Under the pieces are notes generated by a model, which worked only from the letters and a program-made list of their open reading frames with translations, was not told where the DNA came from and did not search any database. This document shows positions 33,555 to 42,867 of a DNA stretch of 45,552 nt, piece after piece (within the stretch, counting starts at the first letter, position 1; every line of letters starts with the position of its first letter). A program made the translations under genes and the position numbers. The stretch is taken from positions 1-45,552 of the forward strand of contig DASWDY010000003.1 of NCBI GenBank assembly GCA_036395035.1. The letters run 5' to 3'. The stretch comes from Candidatus Limnocylindria bacterium (GTDB lineage: Bacteria; Chloroflexota; Limnocylindria; P2-11E).

Positions 33555-36500
33555 GCCCGCAGCGCCTCCGCCTCGAGGGACGCGCGCAGGGCGCCCGCCT
33601 CGATGCGCTCGGCGATCGCGCGGGCCTCGTCGGTCGCGGCATCGGCCTGGGCCGCGCGGCCGAGCGTGCTCAGCGCACGGGCGTGGTCGCGGAGCGCCAC
33701 GGCGCGCTCGTGCTCGAGCCGCAGCGTCGCGAATGACTGCGTCGCGTCGACGAGGAGCTTCTCGGCCTTCGCGTGCTCGCCGCGCGCGAGCGCGCGGAGC
33801 CCTTCGGCCTGCACGAGCAGAGCGCGGCCGCGTGCGTGACCCGTGCGCTCGACCCACTCGGAGACGCGCGCCTCGAGCGCCTCGTCGTCGATCCCCCAGC
33901 GCGCCGCGGCGACGACCATGAGCGGACCGATGGCGACGACGTCCACCGGACCGCGCGGGAGGCCGGCGCTGCGCGCCGCGTGGTACGCGCTCTCGCTCCG
34001 GCGCTGGCCCCAGATCGCGGCGAACAGGTCCGCGCCCGCGATGCAGAGCGGCGGCGCCTCGAGCTGGCTCAGCTCGTCCCGCAGCTCCGCTTCGTCGGGC
34101 GACGCGAGCGCCGCCCCCGCGGCGATCCCCAGCACGACGAGCGTCGCGGTGTTCTTGCCCGTGGGAGCAGGCTGCAGCTGCGAGCGCGCCGCGACGGCAT
34201 GCAGGACGTCCCGGAACCGGGCGGCGAGCAGCAGTGCCGTCGCCTCCGTGTACAGCGCGGCGAAGCCGAGCCGCGACTTCTCGGTCGACGACGCGAGCTC
34301 GCGCGCCCGCGCGGCGTGCTCGATCGCGTCGCTGAGGTCGTCGAGGACGATCGCGGCCCCCGCGCACATGTTGTGCGCGTCGATGAGCTCCTCGTTGTCC
34401 TGCAGCGACTCGGCGATCGGTAGCCGGCGGCGGTTGACGGCGTAGGCGTCGCGGAATCGCCCGAGCTCGCGGTACGCGTAGCCGACGGCGTCGAGACACA
34501 GCGAGACCTCGCGCAGCAGGCCGAGCTCCTCGGCGATCGAGAGCGCTTCCTTCGCGACGGCGAGGGCCTCGCTCCAGTCGGCCTCGGTCGCCTTCGGCAT
34601 CCGCCGCGGCATGAACGCGCGTGCGGCGAGCAGGAGGACGCGCTCGCGCGAGCGCTCTTCCCCGACGAGCTCGAGGCCGCGCGCGATCAACCCATCGAGA
34701 TCGGGGTGCTTCGCGTCCCAGCGCGTGCACAGCTCGGCCATGTGCGCGAGCACGCTCGCGATGCGGTCGCGCTCGTCGGGCGCGCGCTGCTCGAGCAGGA
34801 CGAGCGCGCGCTCGTACGCCGCGAGCGCCGCGTCGTTCTCGCCCCGGTACCGGCGGATGCGCGCGAGCAGGTAGAGCGCCTCGACGGCACGCTCCACCTC
34901 GCCCAGCTGCTCGAAGAGCTCGAGCGCCTGCTCGGCGAAGCGGATCACCTCGACGTGGGCGTGGATCGAGAGCGCGCGCTGCGCCGCGCGCCACGCGTAG
35001 TCCGCCGCCTTGGCCGGGACCTCGCCGAGGAGGTAGTGGTGGGCGAGCGCCGGGTAGAACTCGCGCAGCTGCTCGCCGAGCACGCTCTCCATCGCCGCCG
35101 CGACCGTGCGGTGCAGCTCGGTCCTGCGCCGGACGAGCAGCGTGCTGTACGCGACCTCCTGCGTCACGGCGTGCTTGAAGCGGTAGCGGCCCTCACGCCG
35201 CTCGCCGGGCGCCGCGTCGACGACGAGGTCGGCGGCGATGAGTTGGTCCACGCCGTCAGCGAGGCGGTCGCCGCCGGCCTCGCGCATGACACGGTCGCCG
35301 AAGCGGACGCCGATGACGGAGGCGAGCTGGATGGCCTCCTTCGCGAGCGGTGCGAGCCGGTCGAGGCGCGACGCGACGACGGCGTGCAACGTCGCCGGCA
35401 CCTCGAGCCCCGCGGGCACGCGCGCGAGCCGCCATCCGCCGGAGGTGTCGTCCTTCTCCACGGCACCCGACTCGATGAGCGAGCGCAGGGACTCCTCGAT
35501 GAAGAACGGGTTGCCGCCGGCGCGCGCGACGATGCGGTCGCGGAGCTCGTCGGGCATCGGGACGGTCGTCTCGACGATGCGCGCCGCCTCCTCGTCGGAG
35601 AGCGGCTGCAGCACGAGCTGCGAGAAGTTCGCGCGCGCGACGCGCAGCTCGGGGGCGCCCGCGCCGAGCCGGTGCGCGAGGAGGAACAGCAGCGGCGTGC
35701 CGCTCGCTCGTCCCGTCACGAATGAGAGCAGATCGAGCGACGCCGAGTCCGCGTAATGGAGGTCCTCGAGGACGTAGAGCACGGGCCGGGTGCGCGCGAG
35801 CGCGGCGAGCACGTCGAAGACCGCGATGTACATGGAGCGCTGCTGCTCCTCGCTCTCCTCGGCGATCTCGCCGGCGCCGGGAAGGTGGAGGAACTGCGCG
35901 AGCATCGGCGTGAGCCGGCCCGGGGCGGCCTCGGCGAAGCCGAGCTCCTTCATGCGCTCCTCGAGCCGACCCATCGCGCCGGGCGACGTGGGCTCGATGC
36001 CGAGCTCGTTCAGGAGCGGCTCGATGAATCCGGCGTAGGAGCGCTGGTTCACGCGCGAGAACGTCCAGCGCAGGACGCGCGGCGCGTCCGCGGCGCGCGC
36101 GGCGGTCTCTCCGTCCCCTGACGGGGTAGGGGCCCCGTCGTGGGATGGCGCCGCCAGGCCGAGGAATTCCGATACGAGCCGGCTCTTGCCGATGCCGGGC
36201 TCGCCGGTGATGACCACGACCTCGCTCCGCCCGAGGCGCGCAGATTGGAAGGCGAGATCGAGGCGCGACAGCTCCATCCATCGGCCGACGAGCGGGGCAG
36301 CGACCTCGACGCGCGACACGCGATCCTCGCCGCGCTCGGCGCTGAGCGCGTAGGCCATGATCGGCCGCTCCTTCCCGCGGAGCTGCATCGGCCCGACCTC
36401 GCGGAACGCGAAGTCGCGGTGTGTGAGGCGGAACGTCTCCTCCGTGACGTAGATCTCGCCGGGCGCGGCCGCGGCCTCGAGGCGCGCGGCGGTGTTCACG

Positions 36501-36904
36501 GTGTCGCCCATGACGCCGTACTCGGCGACCGAGCGGACGTGCCCGGCGACGACGAGGCCGCTGTGGATGCCGATGCGGAGGCCGAGCTCGACCGCGCGAT
36601 CGTGCTTCACGCGCGCGGCGTGGCCCGCGAACTTGCGCTGCATGCCGAGCGCGCAGCGGAGCGCGCGCTGCGGGTCGTCCTCGTGCGCGACGGGCGCGCC
36701 GAAGACGACGAAGATGGCGTCGCCGATGAACTTCTCGATCGTCCCGTCGTAGGCGAGCGCGTCTTCGGCGAGGTCCTCGAAGATCGCCGAGACGGTCTCC
36801 TGGAGGACCTCGGGGTCGAGCTCCTCGGCGAGCGTCGTGAAGCCCACGACATCCGCGAAGAGCACGGTGACGAGCCGACGCTCCTGGTAAGACCCTTCCT
36901 GCAT
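33551..36904 (-). CDS. class III adenylate/guanylate cyclase fused to a STAND/AAA ATPase and TPR-like repeats (1117 aa)
   Basis: The cyclase domain reads VTVLFADVVGFT...KFIGDAIFVVFG...GDTVNTAARLE. Walker A is GEPGIGKSRL, and a long helical repeat C-terminus follows. No C-terminal LuxR HTH is visible. Confidence 0.85.
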   Translation of the reverse strand: MQEGSYQERRLVTVLFADVVGFTTLAEELDPEVLQETVSAIFEDLAEDALAYDGTIEKFIGDAIFVVFGAPVAHEDDPQRALRCALGMQRKFAGHAARVKHDRAVELGLRIGIHSGLVVAGHVRSVAEYGVMGDTVNTAARLEAAAAPGEIYVTEETFRLTHRDFAFREVGPMQLRGKERPIMAYALSAERGEDRVSRVEVAAPLVGRWMELSRLDLAFQSARLGRSEVVVITGEPGIGKSRLVSEFLGLAAPSHDGAPTPSGDGETAARAADAPRVLRWTFSRVNQRSYAGFIEPLLNELGIEPTSPGAMGRLEERMKELGFAEAAPGRLTPMLAQFLHLPGAGEIAEESEEQQRSMYIAVFDVLAALARTRPVLYVLEDLHYADSASLDLLSFVTGRASGTPLLFLLAHRLGAGAPELRVARANFSQLVLQPLSDEEAARIVETTVPMPDELRDRIVARAGGNPFFIEESLRSLIESGAVEKDDTSGGWRLARVPAGLEVPATLHAVVASRLDRLAPLAKEAIQLASVIGVRFGDRVMREAGGDRLADGVDQLIAADLVVDAAPGERREGRYRFKHAVTQEVAYSTLLVRRRTELHRTVAAAMESVLGEQLREFYPALAHHYLLGEVPAKAADYAWRAAQRALSIHAHVEVIRFAEQALELFEQLGEVERAVEALYLLARIRRYRGENDAALAAYERALVLLEQRAPDERDRIASVLAHMAELCTRWDAKHPDLDGLIARGLELVGEERSRERVLLLAARAFMPRRMPKATEADWSEALAVAKEALSIAEELGLLREVSLCLDAVGYAYRELGRFRDAYAVNRRRLPIAESLQDNEELIDAHNMCAGAAIVLDDLSDAIEHAARARELASSTEKSRLGFAALYTEATALLLAARFRDVLHAVAARSQLQPAPTGKNTATLVVLGIAAGAALASPDEAELRDELSQLEAPPLCIAGADLFAAIWGQRRSESAYHAARSAGLPRGPVDVVAIGPLMVVAAARWGIDDEALEARVSEWVERTGHARGRALLVQAEGLRALARGEHAKAEKLLVDATQSFATLRLEHERAVALRDHARALSTLGRAAQADAATDEARAIAERIEAGALRASLEAEALRA

Positions 36905-36913
36905 CCGAGAAGG

Positions 36914-38110
36914 CTAGCGCGACGGAGAGGCTGCGGGGGTGCGCACGCTCGTGGCCCACTCGGCGATCCGGCCGAGCGCGAGCTGGATGTTCGCGAGGGA
37001 GTTGGCGTACGAGAGGCGCAGGTACCCCTCGCCCGCGCGGCCGAACGCCGTCCCGGCGAGCACCGCGACACCCGCCTCGTACAGGAAGCGATCCGCCACC
37101 TGTGCGCTGTTCCCGAGGCCAAGGCCGGTGATGTTCGGGAACACGTAGAAGGCGCCCTTCGGCAGCAGGCACGTGACGCCGGGGACCGCGTTCAGCCCGG
37201 CGACGATCGCATCGCGCCGCTCTCGGAACGCGCGCACCATCGCGTCGACCTCGGGCGGGCGCGACGACAGCGCGGCGACGCCGGCACGCTGCACGAACGT
37301 CGCGGTGCACGACACCGAGTTCGTCACCAGCTTCGTCACCGGGTCCACGAGCGGGCGGGGGAACACGCCGAAGCCGAGCCGCCAGCCGGTCATCGCGTAC
37401 GTCTTGCTGAAGCCGTCGAGGAGGATCGTTCGCTCATCCATGGCGTCCTCGGCGAGCAGCGAGCGGTGCTCGCCGTCGTACAGCGTCTCGCCGTAGATCT
37501 CGTCGCTGAGGACCCAGAGATCCCGCTCGCGCGCGATGCGCGCGATCTCGCGGACCGCCGTGCTCGAGAGGACCGCGCCCGTCGGGTTGTGCGGGCTGTT
37601 CACGATGATCGCCTTCGTCCGCGGCGTGATGAGCGAGCGCAGCTCGTCGAGGTCTGGGTCGAATCCGTTCCGTTCGCGGAGCGGAAGGGGCACACCGCGC
37701 GCCCCGGAGAACTGGATCATCGAGGCGTAGATGGGGAAGCCCGGATCGGGATAGATGGCCTCGTCGCCCTCCTCGAGCAGCGCGAGGAGCGCGTAGAACA
37801 TGATCGGCTTCGCACCGGGCGTGACGATGACCTGCCCCGGATCGATGCGCAGTCCGCGGTGCTCGCCGAGCCACCGCGCGATGGCCTCGCGCAGCTCGAC
37901 CACCCCCGCGGAGGGCGTGTAGTGCGTCTCGCCGCGCTCGAGCGCGGCGACGCCCGCCGCGACGATCGACGGCGGCGTGTCGAAGTCCGGCTCGCCGATC
38001 TCGAGGTGGACGACCTCGCGGCCCTGCGCCTCGAGCGCGCGCGCCTTCGCGAGGACCTCGAACGCGGTCTCGGTCCCGAGCCGCGACATGCGCGATGCGA
38101 GCGGGCGCAT
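36914..38110 (-). CDS. pyridoxal-phosphate-dependent aminotransferase (class I, aspartate aminotransferase-like)
   Basis: It shows NSPHNPTG, the PLP lysine region LDGFSKTYAMTGWRLG, and YLRLSYA. Confidence 0.88.
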   Translation of the reverse strand: MRPLASRMSRLGTETAFEVLAKARALEAQGREVVHLEIGEPDFDTPPSIVAAGVAALERGETHYTPSAGVVELREAIARWLGEHRGLRIDPGQVIVTPGAKPIMFYALLALLEEGDEAIYPDPGFPIYASMIQFSGARGVPLPLRERNGFDPDLDELRSLITPRTKAIIVNSPHNPTGAVLSSTAVREIARIARERDLWVLSDEIYGETLYDGEHRSLLAEDAMDERTILLDGFSKTYAMTGWRLGFGVFPRPLVDPVTKLVTNSVSCTATFVQRAGVAALSSRPPEVDAMVRAFRERRDAIVAGLNAVPGVTCLLPKGAFYVFPNITGLGLGNSAQVADRFLYEAGVAVLAGTAFGRAGEGYLRLSYANSLANIQLALGRIAEWATSVRTPAASPSR

Positions 38111-38137
38111 CTCGTCGCGAGTCTAGATACTCGCAGC

Positions 38138-39049
38138 GTGAAGCTCGGCGCGGTGTTCCCACAGCTCGACAGCGGCACCGACCCGGCGGAGATCGCGCGC
38201 TACGTCCGTGAGCTCGAGCGGATGGGATTCGATCACCTGGTCATCTACGACCACGTGCTCGGCGCGCATCCGGACCGTCCGGGGGGATGGACCGGCCCGT
38301 ACACGCACGAGTCCCTGTTCCACGAGCCGTTCGTCCTCTTCGGCTATCTCGCCGCGGTCACGACGCGGCTCGAGCTCGCGACGGCGGTGATCATCCTTCC
38401 GCAGCGCCAGACCGCCCTCGTCGCGAAACAGGCCGCGGAGGTCGACGTCCTCACGAACGGCCGGTTCCGCCTGGGCGTCGGGATCGGCTGGAACCCGGTC
38501 GAGTTCGATGCCCTCGGCGAGGACTTCCACACGCGCGGGCGCCGCATGGAGGAGCAGATCGCGCTCCTGCGCACGCTCTGGACGGACCGTGTCGTCGACT
38601 TCCACGGGAAGTGGCACCGCGTCGACCGCGCCGGCCTCCACCCGCTGCCGGTCCAGCGGCCGATCCCCATCTGGATGGGCGGCGGCTACAAGAGCAACGT
38701 CAGCCCGACGGAGCGCGCGAGCGGCATCGTCGAGCCGGCGCTCCGCCGGATCGCGAAGCTCGCGGACGGCTGGTTCACGCACGTGCAGCCCGGTGACGAA
38801 GGAGCCGCGGCCATCGCGCTGTTCCGCGAGCTCGTCCGCGAGGCCGGTCGCGATCCGAAGAGCGTCGGGCTCGAGGGACGTGTCAACGCGTTCCGCGTCG
38901 CGCCGGAGGAGTGGCCGCGCGAGATCGAGTGGTGGCGACGTATGGACGCGACGCACATCGAGATGAACACGATGAACGCGAAGTTCGGCTCGCTCGACGA
39001 GCACCTCGCCGCGCTCGGCCGCTTCGCGGGGATGGTGCGCGCCGGCTAA
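38138..39049 (+). CDS. LLM-class (luciferase-like) F420-dependent oxidoreductase
   Basis: It has a GTG start and shows GFDHLVIYDHV, LATAVIILPQR, GRFRLGVGIGW, and PIPIWMGGG. Confidence 0.8.
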   Translation: MKLGAVFPQLDSGTDPAEIARYVRELERMGFDHLVIYDHVLGAHPDRPGGWTGPYTHESLFHEPFVLFGYLAAVTTRLELATAVIILPQRQTALVAKQAAEVDVLTNGRFRLGVGIGWNPVEFDALGEDFHTRGRRMEEQIALLRTLWTDRVVDFHGKWHRVDRAGLHPLPVQRPIPIWMGGGYKSNVSPTERASGIVEPALRRIAKLADGWFTHVQPGDEGAAAIALFRELVREAGRDPKSVGLEGRVNAFRVAPEEWPREIEWWRRMDATHIEMNTMNAKFGSLDEHLAALGRFAGMVRAG

Positions 39050-41163
39050 CGGGCCGGCGCGGTGCTGAGCGGTGCGCCGCCGGGTCCGACAAGGACCGGC
39101 GCGCCGCCCGTGAGCGCATACGCGAAGAGGCCCGTAGCCCTCGTGACGTAGTACCACTGGCCGTCCGCCGACCACCCCGCGAACCGGCCACCCTGCGTCG
39201 CGATCGCCTTCCCGTCGCTGGGCGACAGCAGGACCGCGCGCTCCTCGGATGTGCGCACGTCGAGCGTGTATCCGACGAGCGGCCGCGTCGGCGACCATGC
39301 CAGGTCCGAGAGGTTCTCGCCGGGCAGGTACCGGAGCGGACCACCCTCGCCATCGACGAGCACGACGTACGTGCCGGTGGCGCCGCCCTGCGCCACCATG
39401 CGAAGGCTGGCGAACGATCCGTCGCGGGCGGCATCGAGCGTGTTCACGGTCGCGGTCACCGGCGTGGGCGCTCGCGCGAAGCCGTCGCGGATCAGCCGCT
39501 CGCGCGTGACCACGGTCCGTGCCTGGCCCTCGCCCTCGATGCGCTGGATCGCCGGCGCGCCACTGACGTCCCGGAGCACGAGGATGCCGCGTGTCGTCCA
39601 GGCGACCTCGTTGCCGGGGATCGCGCTGCGCGTCGCGCGCCCGCTCGGATCGAAGAAGCGGACCTCGAGCTGCGCGTCCGTCGCGATGCCGCTCACGCCG
39701 CGGGCGTCGACGACGATCGCCACCTCGCTCCCGGCGGGCGACCACGAGTACGACCGCGCCGCAGCCTGGCTCCCCGTGAGCCGTACGGCGTTGCCCGAGC
39801 GGTCGATCGCGTACGCGACGAACGTCGTCGAGGACGAGAGCGGCCCCGCCTGCTCGACGACGAGCACGTGCTCGCCCGTCGGGGACCAGCGCGGCGCGGG
39901 GACGAACGTCCGCCGCAGGACGGGCGCGGGCCGGAGCAGCGAGGCGACGCCGCCATCGAGCTGCCAGATGTGGCTGCCGAGCGAGAACGCCGACCGCGCC
40001 GCCGGCGCGCCGGTGACGCGCTGGCCCCCGCGCGCGAGCGAGAGCGACGACGGGAACCACACGTCGGCCTCGCCGCTCGTGTCGAGGAAGACGGTCACCG
40101 CCGACGGGCCGCCGAGCTTCGAGAGGTCGATCCTCGCGATGCGCTCGGGCGTGAACCCGTACGCGGTCCGCCCGTCCGGCGCGAGACGGATGCGCTCGAT
40201 GACGCCCGCGTTCGTCGGCAGGAGCTCGATGTCCTCGGCGACCGTGCCCTGCGAGTTGCTCGACCCGCGGTGCGCGAGGTAGCGGCCGTCGGGGAGCCGC
40301 GCGTCCAGCCGGATGTCGTTCACCTCCCAGGTCGTCTCTCGGCGCACGTCGCTGCCGTCCGTCGCCGCGCTCCACACCGACGCGCGGTTCGCGGTGATGT
40401 ACGCGAGCGACGGGTCGCGGCTCGTGGGGATCCGGCCGACGAGGAAGTGGATGCGTCCCTCGGGACCGATCACCGGCGAGACCGCCTGCACGCCGCTGAT
40501 GAGCCGCATCGCGTTCGGTGTCTGCGCGCCGAGCACGCCGATCGCGCCGCCGGCGGTCGACGCCAGCAGCTCGTCGTTCGAGATCCAGTCGCCGACGAAG
40601 AGGTCCTCGAGCGCGGTGAGGCGCGTCCATGCCGGCTTCGTCGCCGCGAGCTCGACGAGGAACGCGTCGCTGCGGCCGTCGCCCGGCCGGAGGAGCGTCG
40701 CGGCGATCCGCTTCGCGTCGGGCGCCCACCGGATGTCGCTGATGCGATAGCCCGTGTTGCGCAGCTCGATGGGCACGTCGACGTCGACGCGCCTGCCGCC
40801 CTCGCTCCCGACCACGGCGAGCGAGAGGCCGCTGTCGACGAAAGCGACCGCACTGCCGTCGATCGCCCAGCGCGTCAGCGAGACCCGCCGGAGATCCTCG
40901 ATCGACGCGACGGAGCGGCGCAACGAGCCGTCGAGGTTCGAGACCCACAAGCGGCCGTCACGCCAGTACGCGAGGCGCGATGCCTTCGAGAGCTCCGGCG
41001 CGGCGCGCGCCGTCGCTGATGCCGACGGCGTAGCGGTCGGCGCGATCCCCGCCGTCGTCGGGCGCACCGTCGAGATGACGGCCAGCGACGAGCCGACGGC
41101 CACGAGCACGGCGGCAATGGCGTATGGCACCAGCCCGCGGAGCGCCATCGCGCGACGGATCAT
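39046..41163 (-). CDS. membrane-anchored PD40/TolB-like beta-propeller protein (about 705 aa)
   Basis: It has an N-terminal TM helix LVPYAIAAVLVAVGSSLAVI followed by many W-x-PDG-type repeats (WAPDAKRIA, WSPTGEHV, WSPAGSEVA, WSPTRPLV, WSADGQW). Confidence 0.7.
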   Translation of the reverse strand: MIRRAMALRGLVPYAIAAVLVAVGSSLAVISTVRPTTAGIAPTATPSASATARAAPELSKASRLAYWRDGRLWVSNLDGSLRRSVASIEDLRRVSLTRWAIDGSAVAFVDSGLSLAVVGSEGGRRVDVDVPIELRNTGYRISDIRWAPDAKRIAATLLRPGDGRSDAFLVELAATKPAWTRLTALEDLFVGDWISNDELLASTAGGAIGVLGAQTPNAMRLISGVQAVSPVIGPEGRIHFLVGRIPTSRDPSLAYITANRASVWSAATDGSDVRRETTWEVNDIRLDARLPDGRYLAHRGSSNSQGTVAEDIELLPTNAGVIERIRLAPDGRTAYGFTPERIARIDLSKLGGPSAVTVFLDTSGEADVWFPSSLSLARGGQRVTGAPAARSAFSLGSHIWQLDGGVASLLRPAPVLRRTFVPAPRWSPTGEHVLVVEQAGPLSSSTTFVAYAIDRSGNAVRLTGSQAAARSYSWSPAGSEVAIVVDARGVSGIATDAQLEVRFFDPSGRATRSAIPGNEVAWTTRGILVLRDVSGAPAIQRIEGEGQARTVVTRERLIRDGFARAPTPVTATVNTLDAARDGSFASLRMVAQGGATGTYVVLVDGEGGPLRYLPGENLSDLAWSPTRPLVGYTLDVRTSEERAVLLSPSDGKAIATQGGRFAGWSADGQWYYVTRATGLFAYALTGGAPVLVGPGGAPLSTAPAR

Positions 41164-41190
41164 CGCACCGGCTGTGCCACCATCCAAGAG

Positions 41191-42030
41191 GTGGACGCGC
41201 CGCTCGTGCGGGCTTATCTCGAAGCGCTACCGGATCTCCCGTCGGATGGAAAGGCGCTGGAGCGCGTGCGCTTCTGCCTGGCCGCGCTGCAGAGCCCGGA
41301 CGTTCGGTACCTGGTCGCGGCGGTGGTCGGCCCGGACGCGGGCGAGATCGCGCGCGTGACGGCCGCGGTCCTCCGGGCGGCGGGGGCGCCGACGGGCATC
41401 CTCGGTCGCTCGCTCGCCGCGACGACGATCGATGGCGCGCCGATCGACGACGGCCTCCTCGCGCGCGCCGGCACGCTCACGGCCGCATCGGGCTACCAGC
41501 TCGCCGATCTCGGGCGCGACCTCGGCGAGCTCACGCGTCACGAGGCGTCCGTGATCCTCGGCCTGACCGCGTTCGCGGAGGCGAGCCAGCGCGTCGCGCT
41601 GCTCGTCGACGAGGCGGTATCGCCCACCGACGTCGTGCACGCCCCGCGCCCCGACCTCCTGGTCGTCGGGACCGTCGATCGCGACGGCGCCGACCGCGCG
41701 CTCGCGCTCGTCCCGGAAGGCGGCCCCGCGGTCGTGTCGTTGCTGGCGGACGACGCACGCGCGCACGTCGAGGAGCGCGTGGCCGAGAGCGGGACGCCGA
41801 CGCTCATCGGCGGCCGCGACCATCGGCTCGAGGAGCGCGACGGCCGCCTCGTCTTCGTCGTCCGGGACGATCCGTACGTCGCGTTCGATCCGGTCGCGGG
41901 CATCGCGCCGTCCGCGCTCGCGACGGGCATCGCGGCAGCGCTCGCGCTCGGGGTGATGGGGATCCGCATGCGCGAGGACTGGATCACGACGGGGATCGCG
42001 TCGCTCGGCGCCGAGCCGGTGGCGCCGTGA
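41191..42030 (+). CDS. FolC/Mur-ligase-like protein with degenerate active-site motifs (putative pseudoenzyme)
   Basis: It has a GTG start. The layout resembles the FolC N-terminal and central domains (ALERVRFCLAALQSPDVRYLVAAVVGPDAGE...LTAFAEAS...ALLVDEAVS), but the P-loop and other catalytic motifs are replaced. Confidence 0.5.
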   Translation: MDAPLVRAYLEALPDLPSDGKALERVRFCLAALQSPDVRYLVAAVVGPDAGEIARVTAAVLRAAGAPTGILGRSLAATTIDGAPIDDGLLARAGTLTAASGYQLADLGRDLGELTRHEASVILGLTAFAEASQRVALLVDEAVSPTDVVHAPRPDLLVVGTVDRDGADRALALVPEGGPAVVSLLADDARAHVEERVAESGTPTLIGGRDHRLEERDGRLVFVVRDDPYVAFDPVAGIAPSALATGIAAALALGVMGIRMREDWITTGIASLGAEPVAP

Positions 42031-42356
42031 AGCCGCTCGAGGCCGCGAAAGCATTCATGTCGGCCCTCCAGGCGAAGGAGCCGGAGAAGGCGGCGTCCGT
42101 GTGCGCCGACACCGTCGTCATCGAGCTGCCCGGCGGCGAGAACGAGCTGCACGGGAAGGACGGCGCGCGCCAGCTCATGCGCATGGCGCCGCCGTTCGTG
42201 CGGATCATCCGCGAAGAGCACGTCGACGGCGACACCGTCGTGCTCAAGGGGCTCACCCGCGCGCCGGGACAGTTCGCGAACTTCACCACCTGGACGTTCG
42301 AGACCGAGCGCGGTCTGATCACCCGCGTGACGTTCAACTGGAAGCCTGCGAACTAG
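42027..42356 (+). CDS. SnoaL/NTF2-like fold protein
   Basis: It has a GTGA overlap with the upstream gene. This is a 109-aa protein (AAKAFMSALQAKEPEKAASVCADTVVIELPGG...). Confidence 0.6.
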   Translation: MKPLEAAKAFMSALQAKEPEKAASVCADTVVIELPGGENELHGKDGARQLMRMAPPFVRIIREEHVDGDTVVLKGLTRAPGQFANFTTWTFETERGLITRVTFNWKPAN

Positions 42357-42359
42357 GGA

Positions 42360-42503
42360 TCAGCGCTCGGCCGGGTGACGTGTCCTCGGGTCGCGGGTCT
42401 CCCCCTCGGCGGCCACTCACATCAGCGCGATGCATCTTGGGCAAGGCCGCCTCGTAGGAGACCCGGCTCCCCTCGACCTCACCCGGCCTCGCGCTGATCG
42501 GCT
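42360..42503. repeat. palindromic intergenic element, copy B
   Basis: The termini are TCAGCGCTCGGCCGGGTGA (42360-42378) and TCACCCGGCCTCGCGCTGA (42479-42497). The arms are self-complementary and match the copy A termini apart from a paired G/C swap. Confidence 0.7.
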
Positions 42504-42514
42504 CGCGCCGGCGC

Positions 42515-42799
42515 TTACAGGTAGCGGAACGATCTGGGCGTCTTCGCCAGCCCGAACTTCTCGAGGGGTCGCGGGCGCGCGTAGCGCTTCACGTTCGAGA
42601 CCGGGATCGCCCAGCCGTCGTCGGTCTTGCGCTCGGGCTCGCCGAGCTCGCACTCGCCGACGACGCCGACCTTCGGGACGGCGAGGTAGGCGCGGGCCGG
42701 GAGCCGCCGTGGCGGATGCGCGCGGTGGTCGGCCGTGCGGGTGCCGTCGAGGATGGCGTCGGCGTTCGCGGCGCCGATCGCGAGGACGAGCTTCGTCAT
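42515..42799 (-). CDS. ASCH domain protein (94 aa)
   Basis: MTKLVLAIGAANADAILDGTRT...VGVVGECELGE fits the ASCH beta-barrel N-terminal pattern. Confidence 0.55.
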   Translation of the reverse strand: MTKLVLAIGAANADAILDGTRTADHRAHPPRRLPARAYLAVPKVGVVGECELGEPERKTDDGWAIPVSNVKRYARPRPLEKFGLAKTPRSFRYL

Positions 42800-42806
42800 G
42801 TGCGGA

Positions 42807-42829
42807 CCTCCGGATGCGTGGTCCGGAGG
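42807..42829 (-). promoter_or_regulatory. 8-bp hairpin that includes the Shine-Dalgarno sequence of the ASCH gene, or a folC terminator-like stem
   Basis: CCTCCGGA (42807-42814) pairs with TCCGGAGG (42822-42829) across a 7-nt loop. On the minus strand the GGAGG sits 7 nt before ATG 42799. Confidence 0.3.
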
Positions 42830-42867
42830 AGGTCGTCACGCGCTTGCGTCGCACGACGCGCGAGCGC

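Noticed and set aside
38123-40948. 941-aa minus-strand ORF and the 969-aa plus-strand ORF (36140..39049) spanning several genes
   Set aside because: Only the last 303 codons of the plus ORF (from GTG 38138) are protein-like (LLM oxidoreductase). The rest, and the 941-aa ORF, are Arg/Asp/Gly-rich off-frame or antisense readings of the aminotransferase, cyclase and PD40 genes.
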